A DNA stretch of 41,713 nucleotides from positions 1-41,713 of the IMG/VR virus record IMGVR_UViG_2778261064_000003; one strand, written 5' to 3'. A program made the translations under genes and the position numbers. Within the stretch, counting starts at the first letter, position 1, and every line of letters begins with the position of its first letter. The stretch comes from a virus (taxonomy: Duplodnaviria > Heunggongvirae > Uroviricota > Caudoviricetes). Positions 1 through 10,097 of this stretch are shown piece by piece. A model generated the notes under the pieces. That model did no database searches, was not told the origin of the DNA, and was given only the letters and a program-made list of their open reading frames with translations.

Positions 1-730
1 ATTATCTCCCGTTTCCTGGACATAAATGCCTGACAACTGACAGCCGGAAGGTGCCCGGAATGTCCATGTAATTTCAGTACCGCCGGGATTATGAAACACC
101 TCGTTGGTATACTGGAAATTACGCACAGCACCAGAATCGGTACTGCTGATGGTGATATCGCTGGTGCCATCAAACAGCACATTGTTAATCCTGCGGGCAT
201 TCTGAAGGCGGGTTGCCGTTCCGGCGTTGCCGCTGATGTTGCTGATGGTGATATCCGAAGTCAGGGGCATACCGTTGACCCTGCGGGTATTCGGTACGGC
301 ACTACTGGCTTTATTTACCGTGTCACGTAATGAAAGTGCATCAATAATTTCATCGGCTGTGGTTTTACCAAGAATGCCGCGCACAAACGCACTGAGCGGC
401 GTTAATGCCATTTCGTCTTCGCCGGTAAAATACGGGAACGTATTATTCTCACCGGTTAATCCGGCAATGGCACCGGCTGAGCCACTGTTCGTAATAAACA
501 GCTTTTTCAGCGCTGTCATAATCTGGTCGGTTGTGTTTTTATCCGGTTTGATATTTGCCTGCCGGAGAATTTCCAGCAGTTCAGACTGAATAATATTAAA
601 CCAGTCTGGTCCTGGATAAGTGGGTGGAATACCGTTCCCGCCTTCGGTGAAATAAAGCGTTGTTTTGCTTAATTCAGCCGCAACAGGCGGCATAACAGGC
701 ACACCCGTATTATTGTCCACGTGAAACATA
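1..730 (-). CDS. Tail fiber protein, N-terminal part (partial, continues past window edge)
   Basis: Open minus-strand frame starting at ATG 730..728 (MFHVDNNTGVPVMPP...) and running off position 1. It sits directly downstream of the gp48-like gene, where Mu has tail fiber S. Not in the ORF track because it is truncated. Confidence 0.6.
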
Positions 731-732
731 AA

Positions 733-1336
733 TTATTCTCCGGTGTAATAATATTCATATTCCGTACCCGCCAGCCGGTAATGCTTCAGCAGGCATTCCA
801 GCTCGCGGGTACGTTCGCTGATTAATGGCGTCATGACGTCATCAATACAGGTAAACCGCCCGGCATCGTTGTCCGGGACTTCCACTTTCAGCAGCCAGCG
901 ATACCGTGCCGGATGCAGCGGGTACATGCAGTCACGCAGGCAGTGGTGCGGCAGAACGGCCGTCACCTTAATGGTGAAGCCCAGCGCCGCCGCAGCGGCT
1001 TCAATCTGCCAGGTTGCCAGCCCGCCTTTGCGGCGGTATTTCTCCACAACGGCCCGGCGGCGGGCTTCCGTTGTGGTGGCGGGCTTCCGTTGTGGTGGCG
1101 GCAATTCCGCATTCCGGCAGCGCCAGATATTGCTCCCACTCCGGCAGCAGCTGGAGCGTGGTTTCCGGTCGCATCTCCACATGCAGGCGCGAGGCATCGT
1201 ATTCAACGCGGGTTAAACGCTCTGCCAGTGCCCTTAAAAAGCGGTTTAAATCCGCGTCGTTATCACGCGGCCATGCCTTACCCCGTGGCATGACCTGTTG
1301 CAGTGCGGTCAGCCATTCCGTCACGCTGTGAGCCAT
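733..1336 (-). pseudogene. gp48-like baseplate/tail protein (DUF2313-like position) disrupted by a 19-bp tandem duplication
   Basis: Two overlapping minus-strand ORFs (1001..1336 and 733..1206) in different frames both encode ATTTEAR around the duplication. Removing one 19-bp copy joins them into one frame of about 194 aa. Confidence 0.65.
1062..1099. repeat. Perfect 19-bp direct tandem duplication (GGGCTTCCGTTGTGGTGGC x2)
   Basis: Seen directly: 1062..1080 and 1081..1099 are identical. Confidence 0.95.
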
Positions 1337-2397
1337 GTCACCTCCCCGATGGTGATAAGCTCATCCACATCACTGGTGGTGTCTTCCCCGATGTTAAGAA
1401 AGTAATCCGTGATACCGGACGTCATACCGATGGACGTGCGCAGCGAGGACACCGGCAGCATCTGACCGGGGGCCAGCGTTTTCTGTAATGCGGTCAGGTT
1501 TGCCCGGACGGCGTTCCTGTTCGCCTGGCTGTCCGGTGTCAGACGGATGGACAGGTCGAGCTTCTTCAGCCTGACCTGCACCGGCCAGACCTCGATGCCG
1601 CCCGGTTTGCCCACCATCACGCCGGTGGCCGGGTGTTTGTGGCAGAACAGATACTGCTCCATTGTCTTCAGGTCGTCCCGTGTGGGGATAATGTCTTCAC
1701 GGTCATCATAAAGCCATGCCAGCCCGACCGTGCTGGGGCCGTGCCACGCATCCCACGCCCACGCACGGCTGACGCCCGGCACTTCACGCGCCCATATCAC
1801 GTAGTCATGCAGCGCACCACCTACCGGGGGATTACGGCGCACATACAGCAGACGGTCCAGCAGCTCTGCGATGGATTCAGTGTCTGCGCCACCGGTGATG
1901 CCACTTTCAGTCACCGCGCCTGTGCTGCCCGTTCCGGGCAACGGGGACAGCAGGGTCAGCACGGCACCGGCAGCAAGATTGCCCGCCACACCAGCTTCTT
2001 CAGCCTGCACGATGACGGTGACCTCGCCGTTCTGTACCTCGCCGGATGTGAGCACCTGATACACCTGATTCGTGTCGGACTGCATCCGGGTTTCTGCCGG
2101 AAGGGGGGACTGACTGGTGAAGGTCACCGGCCCGCTGGCAAAGGTGGCCTGCTTGCGGATAACCCCTTCATACGTTGCTGTTTTGATAATGGTTTCATCA
2201 TCAGACGTGGTGGACGGGATTATCTGGTCCTTGATCCAGCTCTGATGGTCGTATAAATCCCGGACCTGACTGCTGAATGACACGTTCAGCGCCTGCTCAA
2301 CACTGACAGGCGGCAGCTTTTGCAGACCGAGTTCATACGCAATATCTTTCTCGCCGTCGGCAATCAGCTTGCCCAGCGTGGGGATTTCATACGGCAT
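1321..2397 (-). CDS. Baseplate J-like protein (Mu gp47-like)
   Basis: 358-aa ORF in the Mu tail gene order between gp46-like and gp48-like; size fits baseplate J family. Confidence 0.7.
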   Translation of the reverse strand: MPYEIPTLGKLIADGEKDIAYELGLQKLPPVSVEQALNVSFSSQVRDLYDHQSWIKDQIIPSTTSDDETIIKTATYEGVIRKQATFASGPVTFTSQSPLPAETRMQSDTNQVYQVLTSGEVQNGEVTVIVQAEEAGVAGNLAAGAVLTLLSPLPGTGSTGAVTESGITGGADTESIAELLDRLLYVRRNPPVGGALHDYVIWAREVPGVSRAWAWDAWHGPSTVGLAWLYDDREDIIPTRDDLKTMEQYLFCHKHPATGVMVGKPGGIEVWPVQVRLKKLDLSIRLTPDSQANRNAVRANLTALQKTLAPGQMLPVSSLRTSIGMTSGITDYFLNIGEDTTSDVDELITIGEVTWLTA

Positions 2398-2839
2398 TAA
2401 TGGTGGCCTCCCATCGGCGGGTGATTTCGATTGTGAGCGTGGTTTTGTCCGGGCGGGTTAACACCACCTGAAAGGCAATACGGTCAGGGACGATGATGCT
2501 GGCCGTGACGGTGGCGTTACGGGCGTAACCGGCCCGCAGCAGCGGTTGCATGGACAGCCGCGCGTAATCCTCCACACGCAGGCGGACGTCTTCCGTCAGC
2601 TTTTCGCGCTCAAGCAGCCACAGGCGGGAACCCCACGAAAAATCGCTGTACGTGTCGCCCGGCCAGCCGCGCGGGTCGCCGGAACCATCAGGAATGACAT
2701 CATCGTCATCAGCACGGGCATCGGTGAAAAGGCAGATAAGAACCTGAGTGACCAGCCCCTCATCCAGTGAGAGGCCGTTATGGGTGACGGTGATATCACC
2801 CCGTGAGAGCATGTTATTCCAGTGGATTCCTGTCGTCAT
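2387..2839 (-). CDS. Baseplate wedge protein (Mu gp46-like)
   Basis: 150-aa ORF, position and size match Mu gp46; overlaps neighbours by a few nt (operon coupling). Confidence 0.6.
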   Translation of the reverse strand: MTTGIHWNNMLSRGDITVTHNGLSLDEGLVTQVLICLFTDARADDDDVIPDGSGDPRGWPGDTYSDFSWGSRLWLLEREKLTEDVRLRVEDYARLSMQPLLRAGYARNATVTASIIVPDRIAFQVVLTRPDKTTLTIEITRRWEATINAV

Positions 2840-3372
2840 ACGGGCGGTGATGTATTCTCATTGTCGCCGTCCTTATGAATATGATTGCTGAAAGATTTGC
2901 CGTTGATTCTGACATCTTCAGTAAACTCACAGGGACCGACGAATTTCATATTTCCTGCATTTATAGCCAGTAATTCGTCGGCAGTGATATTTACCGTTTT
3001 CCCTGAAACGTCTACCTGTTCTCCTGTAATTTCAATGATGCCGTTTTCCTTCAGGGTAATGTGTGATTTGCCGTCCCGGTGATACAGCCTGACATCGCCG
3101 GGGGACAGGCCTTTCGGGCGGCATCGCTTGTCCTCCACCGCAATGGCAACCAGCCCGTCACGCCGTCCGCCAACGGCCAGCACGATGGCTTCTGAACCTT
3201 CCGGCGGAACGGAAGTAAAACCGTAGTTCTGGAAGCGTTCCACATCGTCATCAGTGGCATCTGCCAGCGTCTGGATTTGCAGGTTCTGCCGCTCCAGACT
3301 GTCAGACACCATGCGGACAATGGCACGGTCAACCAGCAGCCGCAGACGGCGGGCAATGGCGTTTAATCCCAT
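2836..3372 (-). CDS. Baseplate assembly/spike protein (Mu gp45-like)
   Basis: 178-aa ORF downstream of the baseplate hub gene; position and size match Mu gp45. Confidence 0.6.
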   Translation of the reverse strand: MGLNAIARRLRLLVDRAIVRMVSDSLERQNLQIQTLADATDDDVERFQNYGFTSVPPEGSEAIVLAVGGRRDGLVAIAVEDKRCRPKGLSPGDVRLYHRDGKSHITLKENGIIEITGEQVDVSGKTVNITADELLAINAGNMKFVGPCEFTEDVRINGKSFSNHIHKDGDNENTSPPV

Positions 3373-4433
3373 GTTGCCACCGCCTTTGTTTTCTTCGTCT
3401 TCGCTTTCATTTCCGGCATATCCAGTGATTCAGGCGGAACCAGCGCCAGAACCGTCATCCGCCCCTGTGCACCATCCGTCCAGGTCACCCCGGATATCAG
3501 CCAGGTGGTTTTCAGGTTCTGAATGCTGTCGTCGATATCGACAAGGCGGTTGGTCTGCCACAGCGGACCGCTGTCGCCCTGTTCGCGCCAGCCTGCCACC
3601 GTGATTTCCGTCGTGCGGGCCTCTCCCAGCATCCGGGCTTTGTACCATTCCCCGCGAATGCTGGCACCGCCCACGGTCAGACTGTCTTCATTGACCAGAA
3701 TGCGCGGGCGGTAACGGTTAATTTCCGGGTCTTCGGTGATGTACTGGCGACCGCCCACCATCGTGGCAGGCTGGCTGTCCCACAGTTTGCCACCGGCACT
3801 GGTGGTGCCCTTGATGATGTACTGACTGTTACGCTCCCGCCAGCTGAAGCGCCCACGGGCGGCGAGGATATTTTTTCCCAGCACCAGTGACACGCCCGCG
3901 CGAACGGAAGAAGCGCGGGTGATAATCAGATTACCTGCGCCGTCAGACGTCAGCAGAACACCGCGCTGTTTTGCCAGCCGGTCGAGCAGTTCAAAACCCG
4001 TTTCACCCTGTTCCAGAACAACGGACGCAAACGCCTCCCCGGTCGGGGTTTCCGTGATGACGGTTATTCCGAACGGGCGGCAGACATCCGCCGCCACCTG
4101 TTCAAGCCGCACGCCTTTCCATTTCCCGGACGAATGCACCACAGAGCAGTCCACCAGGTCGCCGGTTTTGTCGCGCCCCATGACACGAATTTCCACATTG
4201 TCCGCGTCATAGCTGGGAATAAAATCATCGATATACCCCGTCAGCACGGTATCCGCACCCAGCCTGACCGTACAGGGTTGCCCCTCACGAATCACGCGCG
4301 GTGCCGCCGCTGACCAGCGTGTTGTCACACTGAGATCAAACTCACCGGCAATCGCCTTCAGGGAACGGCTGACGGACATTTCCGTCCAGCCTTCCCACAG
4401 TTTGCCGTCAACGGTAAGAATCACGGATCCCAT
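3363..4433 (-). CDS. Baseplate hub / tail protein (Mu P, gp44-like)
   Basis: 356-aa ORF following the N-like gene in Mu order. Confidence 0.6.
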   Translation of the reverse strand: MGSVILTVDGKLWEGWTEMSVSRSLKAIAGEFDLSVTTRWSAAAPRVIREGQPCTVRLGADTVLTGYIDDFIPSYDADNVEIRVMGRDKTGDLVDCSVVHSSGKWKGVRLEQVAADVCRPFGITVITETPTGEAFASVVLEQGETGFELLDRLAKQRGVLLTSDGAGNLIITRASSVRAGVSLVLGKNILAARGRFSWRERNSQYIIKGTTSAGGKLWDSQPATMVGGRQYITEDPEINRYRPRILVNEDSLTVGGASIRGEWYKARMLGEARTTEITVAGWREQGDSGPLWQTNRLVDIDDSIQNLKTTWLISGVTWTDGAQGRMTVLALVPPESLDMPEMKAKTKKTKAVATWD

Positions 4434-5707
4434 CAGTCGGTAATCTCCACAGGTTGCGTCGGCAGAATGAATGACGGATGGCGCAGGCGGTTACGCTGCA
4501 CGATTTCATCCCGTCGGCTTGTATCCCCATGCTCGCGCCATGCCAGCAATGCGGCAGATGTGGTTGTGGTCAGCGTCACCTGCCGGGTTTCCGGCAGACG
4601 GGCGGCACGCTCGCGGGCATCCGTAATCACGGCCTGCCGTAAATCGCGCAGCGTTCGCCACAATGCCCGCTGGTTATTTTCCACCGCTGCCACCGCCTGC
4701 TCATGCAGTTCAGCCGCCAGCGCGTCACCGGCAGATAATGCCGCATCACTGGTATCGAACGTCATCGAGGCCACGGCATTTGCCTGTCCCAGCAGGGTTT
4801 CCAGCACAACCACCTGGCGGAAGTCGTCAATGTTCTTCTGCAGGCTGTCAGATACCGGCTGATAATCCGGTGACAGCCCGATAGCAAAGCCAGGTTCGCC
4901 GTCTGCCACGCTGCCTGGCTTCACGGTGATATCTTCCGGCAGTGCGCCGGTGGCAACCTGTCGGGCGCGTTCTCCGGCCCACTGGTTGCGTAATGTCGTG
5001 TAAACCGCCAGTGCTTCGGGTGGTTCCGTCACCAGAACAACCACGCCGTCGATGAACGAGGACAACTCACTGACCAGACGTCCCGGCGTGGCAATAATGG
5101 TTCCGGCCATCTCCTTAAAATGGTTCAGCCTGTCCATCCACTGATTCAGTGCTGCCGGTAACGTGGGCAGGTTAGCCACAAGGTTTTCCATATCGGCCAG
5201 AAAGCTGTCGGCCATATCACCCAGCCCGTCAGGTACACTGAACCAGTCGCCAGCATCAATGGCCGCTTTTACCGCATCAATGCCTGTCAGCACCTCCTGC
5301 TGCGTGTTATCCGCCGCAGACGGGAACAGGCGCTCGCCTGCCTCAAACACTTCAAAGGTGACATATGCAATGCCATCTTCCTCCGTGCTGAGGCGATGGG
5401 TGACCTTGCCAACCTGTACGGTCTGTATCCCGAACCACGGGTGGATAAGCTCGCCGGGGCCGGGGGTATTGAGCGCGTCTAAAAGGGCGTTTAAATCATC
5501 CTGGAAGTTTTTACCTGGCAGCTTTGCGTTAATCTGCTGTTGCCCCGGAACGGCCCCGTTATCATCCGTCCAGGCGGTTTCGCGCCGGGGATACGCGCGG
5601 GGAATGGCACGACGGCCACCGGTGCCTTCCGTATCCACCAGAAAGAAGGGGACGCCGCGAAACGAGGCATCGCGCAGCCCGTCCCATTTGCCTTTGCTCG
5701 TTGTCAT
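4433..5707 (-). CDS. DNA circularization protein N-like tail protein (Mu gp43-like)
   Basis: 424-aa ORF immediately downstream of the tape measure gene, as in Mu. Confidence 0.6.
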   Translation of the reverse strand: MTTSKGKWDGLRDASFRGVPFFLVDTEGTGGRRAIPRAYPRRETAWTDDNGAVPGQQQINAKLPGKNFQDDLNALLDALNTPGPGELIHPWFGIQTVQVGKVTHRLSTEEDGIAYVTFEVFEAGERLFPSAADNTQQEVLTGIDAVKAAIDAGDWFSVPDGLGDMADSFLADMENLVANLPTLPAALNQWMDRLNHFKEMAGTIIATPGRLVSELSSFIDGVVVLVTEPPEALAVYTTLRNQWAGERARQVATGALPEDITVKPGSVADGEPGFAIGLSPDYQPVSDSLQKNIDDFRQVVVLETLLGQANAVASMTFDTSDAALSAGDALAAELHEQAVAAVENNQRALWRTLRDLRQAVITDARERAARLPETRQVTLTTTTSAALLAWREHGDTSRRDEIVQRNRLRHPSFILPTQPVEITD

Positions 5708-7572
5708 TACCCTTGCTCCACGCTGGTGACGCCAGCCTGCGCACTGAGTCTGACGCCGGGTTGATCCACTCTGACACTTTTCACGCGGGCATCACCTTCC
5801 ACCACCACACGGATTTCCCCCTGCAATTGCTGCGAAAGGAAAGGATAATTCTGTGTGGGTTGCATACCTGCCCACGGTCGCGGGTCAGCAATGTTCTTGT
5901 CACCCAGCGAGTTGAACCAGTCCGTTACCTTACGCCAGACGGACTCGAGCGCTTTCTGGTTGTCCTGACCTTGTTGCGCGAACTCACGTTCCCACTGGCT
6001 GGCGCTGGCATCACCGGCAACGGATTTAGTGAGACTGTCAACCTCACCCGGCAGGGCGTATTGTGTGGTCAGAAAATCGTAAAACTCCAGAGCACCGGCA
6101 ATGATGCCAGCGCCTTTACCTGCCTTTCCTCCACGGTTACCCGGCCCCCGAGGATTGCGGGGATTGCGCGATGAATCCGGTGTATCCGGCAGACCGCCGG
6201 TATTACCATTCATCCCGCCACTGCCCATATTGACCACATAAACCGGCATCACGCCGGAGCCGAAAACATCCGTAATGCCGCCGGGTATTCCTTTGCCTTT
6301 CCCTTTGGGATTCATGATGTCGTGGAGGGTTTTACCTAACTGGTACGTTTTTCTGATGGCGATAATGCCGCCCACAGCAATCGCCATATATTTACCGACC
6401 TGCAACCAGTTCTGGACGGTGTTCTGGTCCACGCTGTTGATGGCATCAGCCAGGTCCTGAACGGGTTTTGCCAGTTGATGGTGGGAGAATTTTTTCCAGC
6501 TGGTTTCCAGCGCCTGCATGGCCGACGTAAAATCCTGTGCAGCATATGCGGCATCCTTCATGATGCCTTTTCCATCACCTGTAACCTTCATATAACGTTG
6601 CAGGTTTTCTGCGCCTTTGCCTGAGGTTACCGCTTTGATTAACATTGTTGCATCATCAAGAAACCCGGCTTCATCCAGCCGTTGGGATTGTATTTCTGTA
6701 CCTTTACTTCCGGAGCGTGCGGCAATCTCCTGAAGAAGAAGGGGCAATGAACGCATATTTCCTTCGTTATCGAATACGTTAATGCCATTGTGTTTAAGAA
6801 CCTTTACGGTTCCTGTTTTTTGCAAATCTTTTATAAGGTTTTCTACTACTGTAGCCGCAGTATCCCGATCTCCGGTTGCATCAATCGCAGATTCAAGCAC
6901 AACCCCAACATCCCTGACACCCTGCACACCACGTCCGCCCGCAGCGGAATACAGCGACATCGCACGGGTTGCTTTTTCTGCGATGTCTTTCAGTTCATAG
7001 GCACCTTCTTTTCCCAGCAGGTTCAGGGTATCCATTGCCTTTAAGGCATCGTTTTCATCCTTAATCCCGAACTTCGTAAACTGAGAAAACAGCGAGCCGA
7101 TGGCTTCCCCTGAACTTCCGGAAGCGGCGATGGATGCCGCCATCATCTCCTTGTTTTTGAAACCAAAATTAATCTCACCCGTCACGGTGCCAACTTTTTC
7201 CACCGCGCTTATCAGTTCACTGTCATCAACCTTAAATTTGATGGCGGCGTCCTGAATACCATTCAGCATCTGTGCCATTTCTTCGCGCGTCTTTTCTGCG
7301 GAAATACCAATACGGGTCATCCGGCGATCCACCTGCGCAAACTCACGCATCATGGCGCTACCCGCAAAACCGGCAATCATCGCCGTGTAGCGGTTACCCA
7401 GCACATCGAGGCCACGTGTGGCAGATTCCGTAGTGGCTTTAACAAGGCTCATTGCCTTCTGATGATTACGCGCGAACTGCGACATATTTGCGCCGTACTG
7501 CCGGGCTTTGGCGGTCAGGTTCCCGGCAAGGTTGATCATGATTTCCGTACTGAGACGGTTACCTGTTGCCAT
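5707..7572 (-). CDS. Tail tape measure protein
   Basis: 621-aa ORF, Gly-rich and helical, located between tail chaperone and baseplate genes. Confidence 0.8.
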   Translation of the reverse strand: MATGNRLSTEIMINLAGNLTAKARQYGANMSQFARNHQKAMSLVKATTESATRGLDVLGNRYTAMIAGFAGSAMMREFAQVDRRMTRIGISAEKTREEMAQMLNGIQDAAIKFKVDDSELISAVEKVGTVTGEINFGFKNKEMMAASIAASGSSGEAIGSLFSQFTKFGIKDENDALKAMDTLNLLGKEGAYELKDIAEKATRAMSLYSAAGGRGVQGVRDVGVVLESAIDATGDRDTAATVVENLIKDLQKTGTVKVLKHNGINVFDNEGNMRSLPLLLQEIAARSGSKGTEIQSQRLDEAGFLDDATMLIKAVTSGKGAENLQRYMKVTGDGKGIMKDAAYAAQDFTSAMQALETSWKKFSHHQLAKPVQDLADAINSVDQNTVQNWLQVGKYMAIAVGGIIAIRKTYQLGKTLHDIMNPKGKGKGIPGGITDVFGSGVMPVYVVNMGSGGMNGNTGGLPDTPDSSRNPRNPRGPGNRGGKAGKGAGIIAGALEFYDFLTTQYALPGEVDSLTKSVAGDASASQWEREFAQQGQDNQKALESVWRKVTDWFNSLGDKNIADPRPWAGMQPTQNYPFLSQQLQGEIRVVVEGDARVKSVRVDQPGVRLSAQAGVTSVEQG

Positions 7573-7768
7573 GCTGTTTCTCCAGTTGCTTTATCAGGCG
7601 GAACAACTGCCGCAGGGGCAGTTGTTCCAGGTACTGAACGCTGAATCTCTGGGACAGGTTAACCAGCAGGTTCATCAGTGCCGCTGCCAGCGGCATCAGT
7701 TCGCCCCCGCGTTGCCACCTCCTCAAGCATTTCATCCAGCGCCGCCGCTTTCGTGCTGATAAGCTCAA
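7559..7768 (-). other. Alternative-frame ORF overlapping the 3' end of the chaperone gene and ending 14 nt inside the tape measure gene; candidate frameshift extension
   Basis: Open frame of 69 codons with helical, Leu-rich sequence (LMNLLVNLSQRF...) in the +1/-2 frame relative to the chaperone. It fills the 86-bp gap between chaperone stop and tape measure start. Confidence 0.35.
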
Positions 7769-8054
7769 GGTCTGCCGGGTGGAGCATTCGCAGCTGTTTC
7801 ATGTCCAGCGGACCGGGGATATTGCCGATTGACGCAACCTGACGGCGCATCATTTCCAGTCCCATCAGCACTTCAGAACAGTAGGCCACCGCCTTTCCGT
7901 TCCCGCCCATGACGACGCGTTCTGCGGCCAGTTGTGCATCAATCACGTCACTGGCGGTCAGTTCGCGCAGCTTCACGGTTTTATGCAGGGTTTCATCTGC
8001 CGTGCCTTTGCCGGTCAGAAGCCCGTGTTTCAGTTCAAATGTCATTTCAGCCAT
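7659..8054 (-). CDS. Tail assembly chaperone (Mu gp41-like)
   Basis: 131-aa ORF between tail tube and tape measure genes, the conserved chaperone position. Confidence 0.6.
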   Translation of the reverse strand: MAEMTFELKHGLLTGKGTADETLHKTVKLRELTASDVIDAQLAAERVVMGGNGKAVAYCSEVLMGLEMMRRQVASIGNIPGPLDMKQLRMLHPADLELISTKAAALDEMLEEVATRGRTDAAGSGTDEPAG

Positions 8055-8055
8055 G

Positions 8056-8412
8056 TCACACCTTCACGCATTTTTCACCGATAAAGTTGGCACTGATGGT
8101 GCCGGAATCCTCGTCCAGCTCCGCCGGGTTATCCGTGGCTGAACCTGTCATCATGTAGTTCAGGCCGTTGTCGCCGTAGAACATCACCGTGACGTCTTCC
8201 CAGCTGCTGATTTCAATCACGTCCATATCCGCTGCCGCCGCAATGGTCACTTTGATGGACGGCGAGGCCATCTTGCTGGAGATGCCCCAGACCTTGCCGC
8301 CGCCCATATGCTGGGTGCGGCTGAAGCCGCCCGGATTCAGTATGGATTTCCCCTCGGTTTTAATTTCGCGGCCATTCACGCGAATGGTCGCCATGCCAAG
8401 AATTTTTGCCAT
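8056..8412 (-). CDS. Tail tube protein (Mu M-like)
   Basis: 118-aa ORF directly downstream of the sheath gene. Confidence 0.7.
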   Translation of the reverse strand: MAKILGMATIRVNGREIKTEGKSILNPGGFSRTQHMGGGKVWGISSKMASPSIKVTIAAAADMDVIEISSWEDVTVMFYGDNGLNYMMTGSATDNPAELDEDSGTISANFIGEKCVKV

Positions 8413-8421
8413 GTGGTCCCC

Positions 8422-9897
8422 TTAAACTCTGAACTGAATCAGGCCTGCCAGCACACGCAGCTGGTTCACCAGATTCGGGTGGCAGATAAAGTTCAGGCGG
8501 TTTTTATCGCTGCTGTCGCGTGTCACCTGAAGCGTGTCCCTGTAATCGCTGAAGTTCTCCACAAGGCCTGCCGGGATAAGTTCGGTCTGGCAGATATCCA
8601 GCAGCTCTGCGGTGCACAGCTTCGGCGTCATCACCGGCTGCCCCGCATCCAGCGAGTCCAGCACGTCATCATCCGCCAGCTTGTGGCGCGGATAACGGTT
8701 CGAGAAACGGTTTTTGATGATGTAACGGATACGGCCCAGCGTGGCGGGCGACTGCACATCAAGGTACGACACATCCGCATCACCGTACTGATTAACCCGG
8801 TACATGGTGATTTCACGCTCTATGCAGACGTTATCCCCGGCGTCCACCATGTGCGTGGCAATGCCGTCATGCAGCAGCAGGTTACGTTCCGGCATATCCC
8901 AGCGAACATTACGCGCAGGCGGCAGAATGCCGGTCAGGACCAGCGTCTGAAGCGGACGCGCCGGGTCAATGGCAAGGTGATACGCTGCCGTTGCGCCGTA
9001 TGACGCGGCCCACATCCACGCCGGGTGCGGTGACAGGTTGGTGCCAATACAGCTAATCAGCCAGTCATTGCGGGTTTCACCAAACGTGCCTGTCTCGCCG
9101 TGCGTGCCACGAAACGCCGTCCATAGCTGCGCTTCCATCATCCTGAGCGGCCCCCAGCGGTTCAGCAGTTCATCACGCAGGGTGTTCAGGCTTTGCGTGT
9201 CGGTGAACGGGGCGATGATATCGGTAAACCACTCCGGGCCGATGGCCGCAACGGCGTCTGCCATTTCCGGTGTCCCGGTGCCGCCGGTAAACGCGGTTGC
9301 GGTCACCTTCACACCTGCCGGGAAGGCTTCACCGGTGTAGTAGTTCAGGCGAACGTCGGCACCGTTGCCGGTGACGCCGTGCCAGTTCACGGTCAGCTCC
9401 ACGGTATCCGTGGCATCATCCTTCACCGCAGCGGCCACCTGCGTGGCAGGCTTTTTCGTCACCGCATCAGCAATGGCTTTTGCAATGTTTTCTTTGGTAT
9501 CCCCGGCGCTCACGCCCACCTGAACGGAGACACCGTTAATCAGCAGAGCCACCGTTCCGGCCTCTGTTGCTGTCCCCAGCACGGTCAGCGTGGCTTTTGC
9601 GGCAGCGCCAACAGGTGCGGCAACCGGCATTGCCCAGGTTTCCGTGTACGTGTTGGCACGACGCAGTATTTTGAGCATTTCAGCCAGCATCGACCCTTTG
9701 CCATAAAGCTGCTCTGCCTGGCTGTCACTGGTGATGCGGGTCAGTGACAGGGCGTCTGCGCTGCCGGACGATACCGCATGGCCCATGACCAGAATTTTTC
9801 GGCTTTGCGCGGATGCACTGTCCAGCGCCTGTGAATTGTCAATATCGATCACGACGAGCGGGACGCGGATATCATCAGGAATTGAACCCAGCGACAT
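8422..9897 (-). CDS. Contractile tail sheath protein (Mu L-like)
   Basis: 491-aa ORF, size and position typical of myovirus sheath upstream of tube. Confidence 0.8.
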   Translation of the reverse strand: MSLGSIPDDIRVPLVVIDIDNSQALDSASAQSRKILVMGHAVSSGSADALSLTRITSDSQAEQLYGKGSMLAEMLKILRRANTYTETWAMPVAAPVGAAAKATLTVLGTATEAGTVALLINGVSVQVGVSAGDTKENIAKAIADAVTKKPATQVAAAVKDDATDTVELTVNWHGVTGNGADVRLNYYTGEAFPAGVKVTATAFTGGTGTPEMADAVAAIGPEWFTDIIAPFTDTQSLNTLRDELLNRWGPLRMMEAQLWTAFRGTHGETGTFGETRNDWLISCIGTNLSPHPAWMWAASYGATAAYHLAIDPARPLQTLVLTGILPPARNVRWDMPERNLLLHDGIATHMVDAGDNVCIEREITMYRVNQYGDADVSYLDVQSPATLGRIRYIIKNRFSNRYPRHKLADDDVLDSLDAGQPVMTPKLCTAELLDICQTELIPAGLVENFSDYRDTLQVTRDSSDKNRLNFICHPNLVNQLRVLAGLIQFRV

Positions 9898-10097
9898 TAT
9901 TTTTTCCCTCTGGTTTTGTTGCTATTTTTCGGAAGCGCGGTTATTTCCACATCTCCCTCGGCTTCACGGCGCAGCCAGTAAGCGCAGACGTCGAGACGTT
10001 CCCCTTCCGGGGATAAATGCGCGCCATCCGGTTTACGGACACGGACGTTTTCCCGCGCTGGCTTAATCAGTTTCTGTTCCATCGTCACCCCGTACAT
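9897..10097 (-). CDS. Hypothetical small protein
   Basis: 66-aa ORF filling the gap between gp38-like and sheath genes; no recognisable motif. Confidence 0.3.
   Translation of the reverse strand: MYGVTMEQKLIKPARENVRVRKPDGAHLSPEGERLDVCAYWLRREAEGDVEITALPKNSNKTRGKK

Noticed and set aside
91-589. Plus-strand ORFs 91..330 and 227..589
   Set aside because: They lie antisense to the minus-strand tail fiber reading frame that runs uninterrupted from 730 to the window edge; most likely shadow ORFs.
8308-9003. Long plus-strand ORFs inside tail and head genes (8308..9003, 13233..14075, 15517..16551 and similar)
   Set aside because: Antisense to long minus-strand genes that sit in a conserved Mu gene order; no RBS or functional context, typical of GC-rich shadow frames.
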